64,000 nucleotides of DNA from Candidatus Caccoplasma merdipullorum (GCA_017694415.1 JADIMW010000003.1:13292-77291); one strand, 5' to 3'; shown: positions 38,675-48,533, counted from the stretch's first letter. A program made the numbers and translations. Notes: a model not told the origin generated them from the letters alone.

Positions 38675-40330
38675 TCAATTTATTATTAATGAGAAATGTT
38701 CTACTTTGTTTTTGTACGTTATTTTCATTGCATATACTCCGCGACGGGGCGGCTTTATGGCGGCCTCGTCGCAGAAACCGCTGTATATGGGTGTTCCGTT
38801 GGTATCGGTTATTTCTACCCTGCGGCAAATATCTCCGTTGTCGGCAGGAAGGGTAATGCGCTCGCCTTCCTTGAAATAGATTGCGCCTTTTTGCTGCCGG
38901 ACGGCTTCGGTTTCGCGATAATATGCATCGGTTGCGGTAACTGCATAATACGGGTATATGTCGCTTGTCGCAAATGTGGTATCGTTGAGTTCCGTCTCGA
39001 TGATATTCTCTGCCTTGCGGGTATCTACCGGATAGGTTTCGGATGCGTAAAGCGTATAATATTTGGCGCCTTTTACGGCTGACCACGTTATTGTCCGCTC
39101 AACCGCTCCAGTTGTTACCTGTAATCGGGAAGGAGCTTCCAATTTTTCACCGGGTGCGTTTTTAATCGGCGGGAAGGGTGCGGGGTGCGGATTGAATGCA
39201 GGAGCGAGCATTACCCCCAACCCTTTTACGTTTGACGAGAGTTGCGCCATACGGTAATATACTTCGCCTGCCGCACCGAATTCCCGGCCTATGTTTATCT
39301 GCCGTGCAAAGTCGTCGATACTCCAATTTCCGCCGTCGGGTGCGAGGCGGTATGCTCCGAGTCCTGTTACTACGGGATAGCCGCTGCTGTTTTTTATCCA
39401 GTCTTTCAGGAACGGATAGAACGACGCATCGGAATAGTACAGCATCGGGGCGATGAAGTCCATTTTCCCAGCTTTAAGCCATGCCGCGGCGTCTTGATAT
39501 GCCGCTTCTATTCCGCTCCAGCCGTATGATGAATAGTCGGGCAGATTGTCGCGCTTGCCGAGTACCGCACTGCTTACCGTTATAGTGGAATCGCAGGCTT
39601 TTACGCTGTCGTATATTTTTCCGACTATTGTATTTATGTTGTTTATACGCCATTGCGAGAGAGTCATCCCGGACGGGGCATAACGGGTATACTCTTTTTT
39701 GTCGGGAAAGTCGGCGGCACGGTCGGGATAACGGATATAGTCGAGGTGGATTCCGTCTATATCGTACCGTTCGGCTATTTCCGTTGTTATCGCGGCAAGA
39801 TAATCGCCTGTTGCGGGGACTCCGGGATTGAGATACCACTCTCCCTTGTATTTGGTACATATTTCGGGTCGCCGGGACGGCAACGAGTTTTTGCCGCGTT
39901 TTTTTATCGCATCCTCTTTCCCTATGTTCATGCAGACTACCCATGCATGGCACTGCAATCCGCGTTTATGGCACTCTTCTACGGCAAATGCCAACGGGTC
40001 GTATAACGGCTTGCGGCCGTATGTACCGGTCATTATGCTGCTGTACTGCTCGTAATCGGAGGTGTATAGTACGTCGCTTCTTACCCGTGCCTGAAAGAAA
40101 ACGGTATTGAGGTTCATGTCGCGCGCCAAATCGAGCAACCGGCACAGTTCGTCTTTTTGCCTTTGTGTCTGTTCGGGCGTTACCGCAGTACGGGACGGCC
40201 AGTCCAATCCGTAATTGGTTGTAAGCCATACTCCGCGTATGGCAGTCTTGGAATCGCGGGGTTCTGCTTTAATCTTGATACTGCATGAAAGCAGTAGTAT
40301 CGCCATTATTATATACCCCGTTTTCTTCAT
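38675..40330 (-). CDS. glycosyl-hydrolase-like 10 (GHL10/DUF187) family lipoprotein with C-terminal beta-sandwich domains
   Basis: 551 aa with a lipoprotein signal LLLSCS. The N-terminal block IRGVWLTTNYGLDWPS and the block IDGIHLDYIRYP are typical of GHL10. The stop lies 2 nt before the manA ATG. Confidence 0.8.
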   Translation of the reverse strand: MKKTGYIIMAILLLSCSIKIKAEPRDSKTAIRGVWLTTNYGLDWPSRTAVTPEQTQRQKDELCRLLDLARDMNLNTVFFQARVRSDVLYTSDYEQYSSIMTGTYGRKPLYDPLAFAVEECHKRGLQCHAWVVCMNIGKEDAIKKRGKNSLPSRRPEICTKYKGEWYLNPGVPATGDYLAAITTEIAERYDIDGIHLDYIRYPDRAADFPDKKEYTRYAPSGMTLSQWRINNINTIVGKIYDSVKACDSTITVSSAVLGKRDNLPDYSSYGWSGIEAAYQDAAAWLKAGKMDFIAPMLYYSDASFYPFLKDWIKNSSGYPVVTGLGAYRLAPDGGNWSIDDFARQINIGREFGAAGEVYYRMAQLSSNVKGLGVMLAPAFNPHPAPFPPIKNAPGEKLEAPSRLQVTTGAVERTITWSAVKGAKYYTLYASETYPVDTRKAENIIETELNDTTFATSDIYPYYAVTATDAYYRETEAVRQQKGAIYFKEGERITLPADNGDICRRVEITDTNGTPIYSGFCDEAAIKPPRRGVYAMKITYKNKVEHFSLIIN

Positions 40331-40387
40331 CTGTTATTTTTGTTTGCGAAGTTAACTATTTTTGCCGTTTCGGGCAATCTTTATACC

Positions 40388-40418
40388 TTTGACGGGTGTT
40401 AAAAAGGGGATATTTTTG
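40388..40418 (+). promoter_or_regulatory. Bacteroidetes-type promoter for the TRIC-channel / topB genes
   Basis: The -33 TTTG is at 40388-40391. A 19-nt spacer separates it from the -7 box TATTTTTG at 40411-40418. Confidence 0.55.
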
Positions 40419-40463
40419 CCTTCCGATTCGTTGTTTCTTATTTTAGGGGTGTAGTCGTTGTTT

Positions 40464-41117
40464 ATGAATGACAATTCGTTTCTTTTTATAATAGAACTGA
40501 TTGGTACTTTTGCTTTTGCCGTAAGCGGTATTCGTGTGGCTGCGAACAAAAGGGTGGACCTTTTCGGCGCGTATGTCGTGGGTCTTGTAACGGCTATCGG
40601 CGGCGGGACAATGCGCGACTTGATGCTGGATGTTACTCCGTTTTGGATGCTGACGCCTGTTTATCTTGTTATTACCGGTATTTCGCTTGTACTTGTTATT
40701 GTCATGGGGAAGCACCTGTCGCGACTGGAGGGCACGTTCTTTATATTCGACACCATAGGACTGGCGTTTTTCGTGGTCGTGGGTATGCAGAAGTCGCTGG
40801 CCGAGGATTATCCTTTTTGGGTGGCTATCATAATGGGAACTTTTACCGGTGCTTTCGGCGGCATATTGAGGGATATTCTGGTCAATGACCTGCCGCTGAT
40901 TTTCAGAAAGGACATTTATGCTTCGGCTTGTATAATAGGCGGATTGATTTACTGGGGTCTTGATGCTGCAAGTTTCAACGATATTGTCTGTCAGTCGGCT
41001 ACCGCGGCAGGGGTCATATTGACACGGGTTGCAGCCGTCCGATTCCACTGGTCGCTGCCGACACTGAAAGGGGATACCGGTAATGTGGGCAACGACAATT
41101 GTAAACAACCGGACTGA
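40464..41117 (+). CDS. trimeric intracellular cation channel family protein (UPF0126/YadS)
   Basis: The ORF-track start at 40458 is TTG. An ATG lies at 40464 (MNDNSFLFIIELIGTFAFAVSG). The duplicated motif GGGTMRD / FGGILRD is present. Confidence 0.85.
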   Translation: MNDNSFLFIIELIGTFAFAVSGIRVAANKRVDLFGAYVVGLVTAIGGGTMRDLMLDVTPFWMLTPVYLVITGISLVLVIVMGKHLSRLEGTFFIFDTIGLAFFVVVGMQKSLAEDYPFWVAIIMGTFTGAFGGILRDILVNDLPLIFRKDIYASACIIGGLIYWGLDAASFNDIVCQSATAAGVILTRVAAVRFHWSLPTLKGDTGNVGNDNCKQPD

Positions 41118-41153
41118 CCTCGTTTTGCGTATTGAATTTTATTTACTGTTTAT

Positions 41154-43226
41154 ATGATTGTCTGTATTGCGGAGAAACCGAGCGTTGCCAAAGAGATTGC
41201 TTCTGTTATAGGAGCTTCGAAAAAATGCGACGGGTATTACGAGGGCAACGGCTACAGGGTTACTTGGACTTTCGGTCATCTCTGCACGCTTAAGGAACCT
41301 CATGAATATACGGGAAGCTGGAAAAGCTGGCAACTCTCTTCTCTTCCGATGATTCCTCCCAAGTTCGGGATTAAATTGATTGATGATAAAGGGATTGAGA
41401 AACAATTCGGTATTATAACGAATCTGTTTTCTTCGGCCGAATATATAGTAAACTGCGGCGATGCCGGGCAAGAGGGGGAATTGATTCAGCGTTGGGTTAT
41501 GCAGAAGGCGGGGTGCAAATGCCCTGTAAAGAGGTTATGGATTTCGTCCTTGACGGAAGAGGCCATACGCGAAGGATTCGCTCACCTGAAGGATGAATCG
41601 GAATTCGACAAGTTGTACGAGGCAGGGGTTTCACGTGCCATAGGGGACTGGCTTCTGGGTATAAACGCAACCCGTCTTTATACGGTAAAATACGGGCAGC
41701 AAAAACAGGTGCTTTCGATAGGGCGTGTACAAACCCCCACCCTCGCCCTGATTGTAAAGAGACAGGCGGAAATAGAGGGATTTGTTCCGAAACCTTACTG
41801 GGAACTTAAAACGGTTTACAGGGAGACTTCTTTTACTGCCGCTTCGGGACGTTTTGATTCGGCCGAAGAGGGGAACAAGGCATTGGAACTGATTACGGGA
41901 TTCCCGTTTACGATTACCGACGTATCGAAGAAACAGGGGAAGGAGGCTCCTCCGCGATTGTTCGACCTGACATCGTTACAGGTTGAGTGCAATAAAAAGT
42001 TGTCGCTCTCGGCCGACGAGACTCTTAAAGCCATACAGTCGCTGTATGAAAAGAAATATACGACTTATCCGAGAGTGGATACGACATATTTGAGCGATGA
42101 TATTTACGACAAGATTCCGGGTATAATTTCACGTCTTGCCGAGACATCGGAATATAAATCCGTTACGCTGCCTCTTACCGGTAAGAAGTTGCCGAAGTCG
42201 AAAAAGGTGTTCGATAATTCGAAGGTTACCGACCACCATGCGATAATCCCGACGAATGTTATTGCGCGTAATCTGTCGGAGGTTGAGAAACGGGTATATG
42301 ACATGGTTGTACGCCGTTTCGTCGCGGCGTTTTACCCCGACTGCAAGTTTGCGGTAACATCGGTAAACGGCGTCGCTAACGGAATAAAGTTCAAAGCTTC
42401 GGGAAAAGAGATTATCGAAGCGGGGTGGCGTGCTGTTTTCGACAAGTTGAAGTATGGAGACGATGACAAAGATAAGGGAGAGGATGAGAACGCTACTCTG
42501 CCGTCGTTTGTTAAAGGGGAAAGCGGCGAACATGCACCATTGTTGAGCGAGAAAATGACGCAACCGCCGAAGTATTACACCGAGGCTACTCTGCTGCGTG
42601 CTATGGAAACGGCCGGGAAACTTGTGGAGGATGAGACTCTGCGCGAGGCTCTTAAGGAGAACGGCATTGGGCGTCCTTCTACCCGCGCCGCAATAATCGA
42701 GACATTGTACAAAAGGAACTATATCCGCAAAGAGAGGAAAAACCTTATTGCCACGGCAACGGGTAAGGAACTTATCGCCACTATAAAGGATGAACTGCTG
42801 AAATCGGCGGAACTTACCGGAATATGGGAAAACAAGCTGCGCAAGATTGAAAGCGATGAATATTCGGGAAAGCGTTTTATCGAAGAGCTGAAAGAGATGG
42901 TGAACGTAATTGTGGCGAACGTAAAGAGTGAACGGGGGGCGAAGATAAGCATCGAGAGTGTTCCTGCGGATAAGTCCAAGCCTAATAAGAAAGGGGTGAA
43001 AAAAGAGCCTGTAAAATCGACGGAGACAAAGGGTGTCGCGGATACTGCCCCGATATGTCCCGTATGCAAGAAGGGCAAAATAATAAAGGGGAAGAAGGCT
43101 TACGGATGTTCGCGTTGGGACAAAGGGTGTCGGTTTGTCATCCCGTTCGAGGTTTGTCCTCCTGATGCTTCGGCGGAGATGCTGAAAAACGCCATTGTCG
43201 GGATAGCGGCCAAAAGCAACGTTTAA
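41154..43226 (+). CDS. topB: DNA topoisomerase III (type IA)
   Basis: 690 aa. The Toprim start is MIVCIAEKPSVAKEIA, and the type IA core blocks follow. The C-terminal zinc ribbon is CPVCKKGKIIKGKKAYGCSRWDKGC. Confidence 0.93.
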   Translation: MIVCIAEKPSVAKEIASVIGASKKCDGYYEGNGYRVTWTFGHLCTLKEPHEYTGSWKSWQLSSLPMIPPKFGIKLIDDKGIEKQFGIITNLFSSAEYIVNCGDAGQEGELIQRWVMQKAGCKCPVKRLWISSLTEEAIREGFAHLKDESEFDKLYEAGVSRAIGDWLLGINATRLYTVKYGQQKQVLSIGRVQTPTLALIVKRQAEIEGFVPKPYWELKTVYRETSFTAASGRFDSAEEGNKALELITGFPFTITDVSKKQGKEAPPRLFDLTSLQVECNKKLSLSADETLKAIQSLYEKKYTTYPRVDTTYLSDDIYDKIPGIISRLAETSEYKSVTLPLTGKKLPKSKKVFDNSKVTDHHAIIPTNVIARNLSEVEKRVYDMVVRRFVAAFYPDCKFAVTSVNGVANGIKFKASGKEIIEAGWRAVFDKLKYGDDDKDKGEDENATLPSFVKGESGEHAPLLSEKMTQPPKYYTEATLLRAMETAGKLVEDETLREALKENGIGRPSTRAAIIETLYKRNYIRKERKNLIATATGKELIATIKDELLKSAELTGIWENKLRKIESDEYSGKRFIEELKEMVNVIVANVKSERGAKISIESVPADKSKPNKKGVKKEPVKSTETKGVADTAPICPVCKKGKIIKGKKAYGCSRWDKGCRFVIPFEVCPPDASAEMLKNAIVGIAAKSNV

Positions 43227-43263
43227 ATCGGGTTTGTAACAGTTCTGTAAATGTTTTGTAATT

Positions 43264-43788
43264 ATGACGGACGGTAAGGAAATGTTTCCTCTGGTAAATG
43301 AGGAGGGGGTTGTTGTCGGATGTGCCACTCGTGCATATTGCCACAGCGGGGCGAAGCCTCTGCATCCTGTGGTGCATCTGCATATTTTCAATAGCAACGG
43401 GGAACTCTATTTGCAAAAACGGGCGATGCACAAGGATATTCAACCCGGGAAATGGGATACAGCCGTTGGCGGGCATGTCGATTACGGCGAGGATGTGGTT
43501 TCGGCTCTCTTCAGGGAGGCGCGTGAGGAATTGGGTGTTGTGGATTTTAAACCCAGCCTTTGTTTCAGATATGTATTCGAGTCGGCGATAGAGAAGGAAC
43601 TTGTAAACAGTTTCATGACATGTTATGACGGCTCTCCGACTCCTGATCTGGATGAGGTTACGGAGGGTCGCTTCTGGGGTATCGACGATATTAGGGGGAA
43701 TATCGGCAAAGGGGTCTTTACGCCAAATTTCGAGGCTGAGTTTGAACGTCTGCAACCGTTTATAAACGACCTGCCGAAAATGAAATAA
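43264..43788 (+). CDS. NUDIX hydrolase
   Basis: 174 aa. The Nudix box is GGHVDYGEDVVSALFREAREELGV. Confidence 0.88.
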   Translation: MTDGKEMFPLVNEEGVVVGCATRAYCHSGAKPLHPVVHLHIFNSNGELYLQKRAMHKDIQPGKWDTAVGGHVDYGEDVVSALFREAREELGVVDFKPSLCFRYVFESAIEKELVNSFMTCYDGSPTPDLDEVTEGRFWGIDDIRGNIGKGVFTPNFEAEFERLQPFINDLPKMK

Positions 43789-43930
43789 CGGCATACCGAG
43801 GGATGTTTTCATCCGGCATGCCGTCTGTTTGCGTCTATCTTTGGTTTCTTCTTCGGAGGGAAGAGTGTTAATATATCTGCCGTTTCCGACAGTGTCTCTC
43901 CCCCTCTTTCGCCATGCTTTCGTGTAATTG

Positions 43931-44206
43931 TCAAAATTCGAATTTCTCGATTTTCATCGAGGCGTGCATCTCCATTTTGGCTACGAGTTCGATAAAGTGC
44001 TTGGTTTTGGTATGGGCATCCAATGCTTCTTCATCGCTCCATGTTTCGCATATCATAAGTACGTCTTTACGGGTTGCGCTGGCGAATATGTCGTATGCTA
44101 TGCACCCTGCTTCCTTTAGCGATTTTGCCGTCAATTCTTTTGCTGCCTCGAGTACCGACGGATAATTGCGTTCTTCTACTTTAATAAATACGTTTACTCT
44201 TATCAT
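43931..44206 (-). CDS. antibiotic-biosynthesis-monooxygenase (ABM) family protein
   Basis: 91 aa. The ferredoxin-like ABM pattern is MIRVNVFIKV ... CIAYDIF ... ICETWSDEEALDAHTKTKHF. Confidence 0.75.
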   Translation of the reverse strand: MIRVNVFIKVEERNYPSVLEAAKELTAKSLKEAGCIAYDIFASATRKDVLMICETWSDEEALDAHTKTKHFIELVAKMEMHASMKIEKFEF

Positions 44207-44326
44207 GGTTGTTGGCTTTTAACGTTTACGGCGAAGATAGGGATTTTTTTTTGATGTTGTGCTTTCGGACGGAAGTTTTGTTTTTTTATGCCATATAGTA
44301 GAATGATTGTGCCTCCGCCCGATTGT

Positions 44327-45235
44327 TTACGTGTTATGTTTTTTGTATTTCTGCAATGCTGCCGACAAATGTTTTTCAATCTTGCTCCGCAGGGATTGGG
44401 GGGATATGACTTCAACGTCTGCTCCGTACGACAGAATCTCTTTTATCAAGTCGTTGGTTATTTTCATCTCGTATTTGAAGACGGTATGTGTTTCCGTGTC
44501 GGATACTGTTTTTTGTGTTTCGTGAAGCGGCAGGGTCTTGAAGTATCCGGCTTGTACGGAACTGACTTTAAGGACTACCGACTCGCACGGGAGATTGCTG
44601 TACATGATGCCGAAACATCCGTCGAAATATTCTTCGGGTATAAAATCGCTCGGATATTCGAAACTCTCTTTTGTTACTTCTATGTTTTCGAAGCGGTCGA
44701 TTGAATAGGTGCGTATTCCGTTGTACGCCGAGGTGTATCCTATGACATACCAGCGTTGCCGAAAGACTTTTACGAAGTATGGCTGGAGATATACGTCGTG
44801 CGGCGCGGCATCGGTAAAACTCTTGTACGTGAATTTTATTATTCGGCTGTCGCGCATTGCCTCGATTACGGAAGTCAGATAGATTTCGCCGGAGGGGATT
44901 TTTTCGAGCAGTATCCTGTCGTGCAAATGCTGCTGCTCGGCCGCGAGGTTGTTTACCGAGAATGTCTCCAACAGCCACGAACGGATTTTGTCGTTTGCCA
45001 GTGTCTGGCAGTCTTCTATATAGTATTCGGATGTGCGACGGTCGCATTCTATGTTTATGTCGAAAAGCTCTTGTATCTTTTCTCTATGGCAATGGAACGT
45101 GCGGCGCGGTATCGGTACTCCTCCTGAATAATCGGTGTGCAGCCACCTCTCGTTTATTTCGCGGAGCGTCATGCGCTTGTATCTGTACAGCAGGCTTACC
45201 AACCATACATATCTCAAAAACAGATTTTGAGCCAT
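44327..45235 (-). CDS. WYL domain-containing transcriptional regulator
   Basis: The ORF track gives 329 aa and overlaps the upstream gene. I use ATG at 45235 (MAQNLFLRYVWLVSLL), which gives 302 aa. An N-terminal wHTH-like region is present. The WYL core is FRQRWYVIGY. Confidence 0.8.
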   Translation of the reverse strand: MAQNLFLRYVWLVSLLYRYKRMTLREINERWLHTDYSGGVPIPRRTFHCHREKIQELFDINIECDRRTSEYYIEDCQTLANDKIRSWLLETFSVNNLAAEQQHLHDRILLEKIPSGEIYLTSVIEAMRDSRIIKFTYKSFTDAAPHDVYLQPYFVKVFRQRWYVIGYTSAYNGIRTYSIDRFENIEVTKESFEYPSDFIPEEYFDGCFGIMYSNLPCESVVLKVSSVQAGYFKTLPLHETQKTVSDTETHTVFKYEMKITNDLIKEILSYGADVEVISPQSLRSKIEKHLSAALQKYKKHNT

Positions 45236-45246
45236 ATCTTTTTTGT

Positions 45247-45966
45247 TTATTGCTTTTTTTCTGCGGGGTCTTCGGTATTGCCGCCGTCGGTTGCGGCAGA
45301 GGTCATGGCCTGCCACAGCTTGTCGTTTTCGGGAACGGGGGCGGTTACGGATATTTCCTTTTTCGATACGGGGTGGATGAATGTTACGTTACGGGCGTGC
45401 AACGAGATTCCGCCATCGGGATTGGAACGTTCTGCGCCGTATTTGAGGTCGCCTTTTATCGGTGAGCCGATTTTTGCAAGCTGACACCGGATTTGATGAT
45501 GCCGGCCTGTTTTAAGTATTATTTCGAGCAGGTAGTATCTGTCGCTTTTGGCTATGACTTTATAAAAGAGTTCGGCCTCTTTTGCTCCTTTCCGCGGTGT
45601 GTCGTGTGCTGTGCTTTTGTTGCTTTTTTCATCGCGCGTCAGATAATGGTGCAACCGTCCGCTTTCGGCCGGCGGCATGTTTTTTACTATCGCCCAGTAG
45701 GTTTTGTGTACGTCGCCGTTGCGGAACATGTCGTTGAGTCGCGAGAGGGCTTTGCTGGTTTTTGCAAAGACTACGGCTCCGCTTACCGGACGGTCGAGAC
45801 GGTGCGTTACTCCGAGGAAAACATTTCCGGGCTTGTCGTATTTTTTTTTCAACCATTCTTTTATGGTTTCGCTTAACGGGGTATCGCCGGTTTTGTCGCC
45901 TTGTACTATCTCCGAGGTATTCTTGTTTACTATTATTATGTGATTGTCTTCGTATAGAACCGTCAT
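45247..45966 (-). CDS. RluA family pseudouridine synthase
   Basis: 239 aa. The catalytic motif is GVTHRLDRPVSG, and the block GRHHQIR is present. Confidence 0.9.
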   Translation of the reverse strand: MTVLYEDNHIIIVNKNTSEIVQGDKTGDTPLSETIKEWLKKKYDKPGNVFLGVTHRLDRPVSGAVVFAKTSKALSRLNDMFRNGDVHKTYWAIVKNMPPAESGRLHHYLTRDEKSNKSTAHDTPRKGAKEAELFYKVIAKSDRYYLLEIILKTGRHHQIRCQLAKIGSPIKGDLKYGAERSNPDGGISLHARNVTFIHPVSKKEISVTAPVPENDKLWQAMTSAATDGGNTEDPAEKKQ

Positions 45967-45986
45967 GCTGTTCGATAATATAAGGC

Positions 45987-46019
45987 GCCACCCCTTTCGG
46001 CTGTCGGAATAGGGGTGGC
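45987..46019 (-). terminator. hairpin downstream of fabG
   Basis: A 9-bp GC-rich stem pairs gccacccct (45987-45995) with aggggtggc (46011-46019). Confidence 0.5.
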
Positions 46020-46084
46020 TGCCTTGCTGTTTTTATTTTGCGGCGTTTTGTTGTACCGCCTTTTGTCTTGTTGTTTTTCCGTTA

Positions 46085-46831
46085 TTACATGTTCATTCCT
46101 CCGCAGCAGTGTATTACCTGTCCTGATACGTATGAGGAGAGGTCGGATGCGAGGAATGTACATACGTTTGCGACATCTTCGGGCGTCCCGCCGCGACGGA
46201 GGGGTATCTGTTTTGCCCATGCTTCCTTAACTTCGTCGGAGAGGACTGCCGTCATGTCGGTTATTATAAAACCGGGGGCTACGCAGTTTGCGCGTACTCC
46301 GCGCGGGCCGAGTTCTTTTGCTATGGATTTTGCAAGTCCTATCATTCCGGCTTTCGATGCTGAATAGTTGCACTGTCCTGCATTTCCCGACACGCCTACT
46401 ACGGACGACATGTTTATTATGCTGCCGCCGCGCTGTTTCATCATTATCGGCGATACTGCATGTACGAAATTGAATGCCGATTTGAGATTTACGTTGAGTA
46501 CCATGTCCCACTGCTGCTCGGTCATGCGGAGCATGAGGGTATCGCGGGTTATCCCGGCATTGTTTACCAGTATGTCGATGCGGCCGAAGTCGGCTACTAT
46601 CGTGTTTACGACGTCGTGAGTATCGGCAAAATCGGCGGCATTGGAAGCGTATCCTTTGGCTTTTACTCCGTATGCTGCAATCTCTGCTTCGGTTGCTTTC
46701 ATGTTGTCGTCGCATTTCAAGTCGGTAAATGCGATGTTGGCTCCTTCGCTCGCAAATTTCAATGCTACGGCTTTACCTATTCCGCGCGATGCGCCGGTTA
46801 TGACGGCGACTTTTCCTTCTAACAGTTTCAT
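46085..46831 (-). CDS. fabG: 3-oxoacyl-[acyl-carrier-protein] reductase
   Basis: 248 aa. The SDR motifs are TGASRGIG, NNAG and YSASKAG. Confidence 0.92.
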   Translation of the reverse strand: MKLLEGKVAVITGASRGIGKAVALKFASEGANIAFTDLKCDDNMKATEAEIAAYGVKAKGYASNAADFADTHDVVNTIVADFGRIDILVNNAGITRDTLMLRMTEQQWDMVLNVNLKSAFNFVHAVSPIMMKQRGGSIINMSSVVGVSGNAGQCNYSASKAGMIGLAKSIAKELGPRGVRANCVAPGFIITDMTAVLSDEVKEAWAKQIPLRRGGTPEDVANVCTFLASDLSSYVSGQVIHCCGGMNM

Positions 46832-46857
46832 TTTTACTAAATTTATTAACTTCGTTA

Positions 46858-47493
46858 CTATATTTTAGCCTCTTCGTTGTTTTGTCCCGCTTCGCTTTCG
46901 TCCGGCTTCCCGCTCAGGACTCCTTTTAGTATAAGGTCGGCGGCATATACTCTTACTTGTTCCTTGTCCACGCATATACGTTGAAAGTGATTCCGGATGT
47001 ACGGTGCATCAAACCCGCGTATTGCGTAATGAATCAGGGCTGCCGTTATCCGGACGTTGCGGACATCGAATACTCCTTTATCTACGCCTTCCTGCAATAT
47101 CGTCCTCAACAGCGATATTTCCTGCTGGTCGATATTTTTCCATGCGTGTTCCACTTTCCACATGTCTCTGAAAAACTCCGTCCGCAGCGAACCGTTCCGT
47201 ACGACTATCTCCTTTATCAGTTCGAGCCGCCGAAATATGTAGTTCGTCAGTTTTTCAGCAGGCGGAAGGTCTTCGTTTACTATCGTCCCCAACTTCTCCA
47301 TTACGTGGTTGGTCTCCGACTCGACTACGGCCCAATATATATCTTCCTTACTCTTAAAGTAGGTATATATCGTCCTTCTGACTTTCCCCGCGGCTTCGGC
47401 AATATCGTTCATCGTCGTATTTTCGACGCCGCGTTTCACGAACAGCTGCCGCGCTACTTCAAGCAGATTTTCTTTTGTTACGTCTCTGCTCAT
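46858..47493 (-). CDS. TetR/AcrR family transcriptional regulator
   Basis: The ORF track shows 343 aa. The real start is ATG at 47493 (MSRDVTKENLLEVARQLFVKRGVENTTMNDIAEAAGKVRRTIYTYF, the TetR HTH). It lies 26 nt upstream of fabG. Confidence 0.88.
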   Translation of the reverse strand: MSRDVTKENLLEVARQLFVKRGVENTTMNDIAEAAGKVRRTIYTYFKSKEDIYWAVVESETNHVMEKLGTIVNEDLPPAEKLTNYIFRRLELIKEIVVRNGSLRTEFFRDMWKVEHAWKNIDQQEISLLRTILQEGVDKGVFDVRNVRITAALIHYAIRGFDAPYIRNHFQRICVDKEQVRVYAADLILKGVLSGKPDESEAGQNNEEAKI

Positions 47494-47603
47494 ATCCGTT
47501 ATACGTGCAAAGTTAATGCGAAGATACATCAATCCGTTCAGAATGCAAAATTTATATATCAACATTATATGTGTTATTTTAAGGGATACGGGCAAAAGGT
47601 GTT

Positions 47604-47634
47604 TTTGTCCTGCCGACTTTATTTTGTATTTTTG
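47604..47634 (+). promoter_or_regulatory. Bacteroidetes-type promoter for the GT2 gene
   Basis: The -33 TTTG is at 47604-47607. A 19-nt spacer separates it from the -7 box TATTTTTG at 47627-47634. Confidence 0.55.
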
Positions 47635-47679
47635 TATTTGTAACAGTCCAGAAAGGCTGCCGCTTTCAGACTTGCCGTT

Positions 47680-48516
47680 ATGCAAATTAAAACCGCCGCA
47701 TCCATAGTAACTTACAAAACCGACAGGGAAGAGCTTCTTTGTTGTGTTAATTCGTTGCTGCGGGATGATGTGGATATAATATATGTCTGCGATAACTCGC
47801 CGGATGATTCGCTTAAATACTTGTGCGGCATATCGGACAGGATACAGTATTTGCACAACTCCGGGAACATTGGTTACGGATGTGCGCACAATGTTGCCAT
47901 AAGGCTGTCGTTACGTAACGGGGTTCGGTATCATCTGGTGATAAACCCGGACGTATATTTCGAACGGGGAACAATAAGGGAAATTGTCGGATTTATGGAG
48001 CGGGATGTGAGCGTGGTGCAACTTACGCCCAATGTCGTTTATCCCGACGGGAGGGTACAGTTCGCCTGCCGCATGCTGCCGACACCGGCGGATTTGATTT
48101 TACGCAGGTTCGTACCCCGGTTTCTATATCGAAAGCGTGAACGGCGTTACTTGCTTGAATTTTTCGACCGCAAGCGGAGTGCCGATGTTCCTTATCACAT
48201 GGGGTGTTTTATGTTTTTCCGTTGTTCGGCTTTTGAACGGGCGGGGTTGTTCGATGAACGTTTTTTCATGTACCCTGAGGATATTGATATTACGAGACGG
48301 ATGCACCGTATAGGGAAAACGCTTTTTTGGCCGGGTGCGACTGTTGTTCATGCTCACAGGGCTGCTTCTTATAAAAGTGCGAGGATGCTGTGGGTTCATA
48401 TCGTAAACATGATAAGGTATTTCAACAAGTGGGGATGGTTCTGCGACAGTGAACGTAAGGTTTTTAACAACAGGCTGCTTTCAGAATTGGGATACGACGA
48501 CGAGACAAAAGGGTAA
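47680..48516 (+). CDS. family 2 glycosyltransferase
   Basis: 278 aa. It shows the GT-A fold pattern AASIVTYKT ... VCDNSPDD ... YPEDIDI. Confidence 0.85.
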   Translation: MQIKTAASIVTYKTDREELLCCVNSLLRDDVDIIYVCDNSPDDSLKYLCGISDRIQYLHNSGNIGYGCAHNVAIRLSLRNGVRYHLVINPDVYFERGTIREIVGFMERDVSVVQLTPNVVYPDGRVQFACRMLPTPADLILRRFVPRFLYRKRERRYLLEFFDRKRSADVPYHMGCFMFFRCSAFERAGLFDERFFMYPEDIDITRRMHRIGKTLFWPGATVVHAHRAASYKSARMLWVHIVNMIRYFNKWGWFCDSERKVFNNRLLSELGYDDETKG

Positions 48517-48533
48517 ATGAACGAAAAACGGCG

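Noticed and set aside
38673-39086. The N-terminal 138 codons of the 460-aa ORF-track entry for manA.
   Set aside because: The extension overlaps the 3' end of the GHL10 gene and is Arg-rich nonsense. A canonical PMI N-terminus begins at the ATG at 38672.
42129-43397. A 422-aa minus-strand ORF opposite topB and the NUDIX gene.
   Set aside because: It is antisense to two motif-supported genes. It is Arg/Leu/Phe-rich with no domain signature.
47494-47889. A 132-codon N-terminal extension of the TetR ORF. Similar extensions occur on ettA (14382-14483), the WYL gene (45236-45316) and the glgA-like gene (57434-57577).
   Set aside because: In each case the family-typical N-terminus starts at an internal ATG. 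The extension overlaps a promoter region or a neighbouring gene, or it begins with a TTG.
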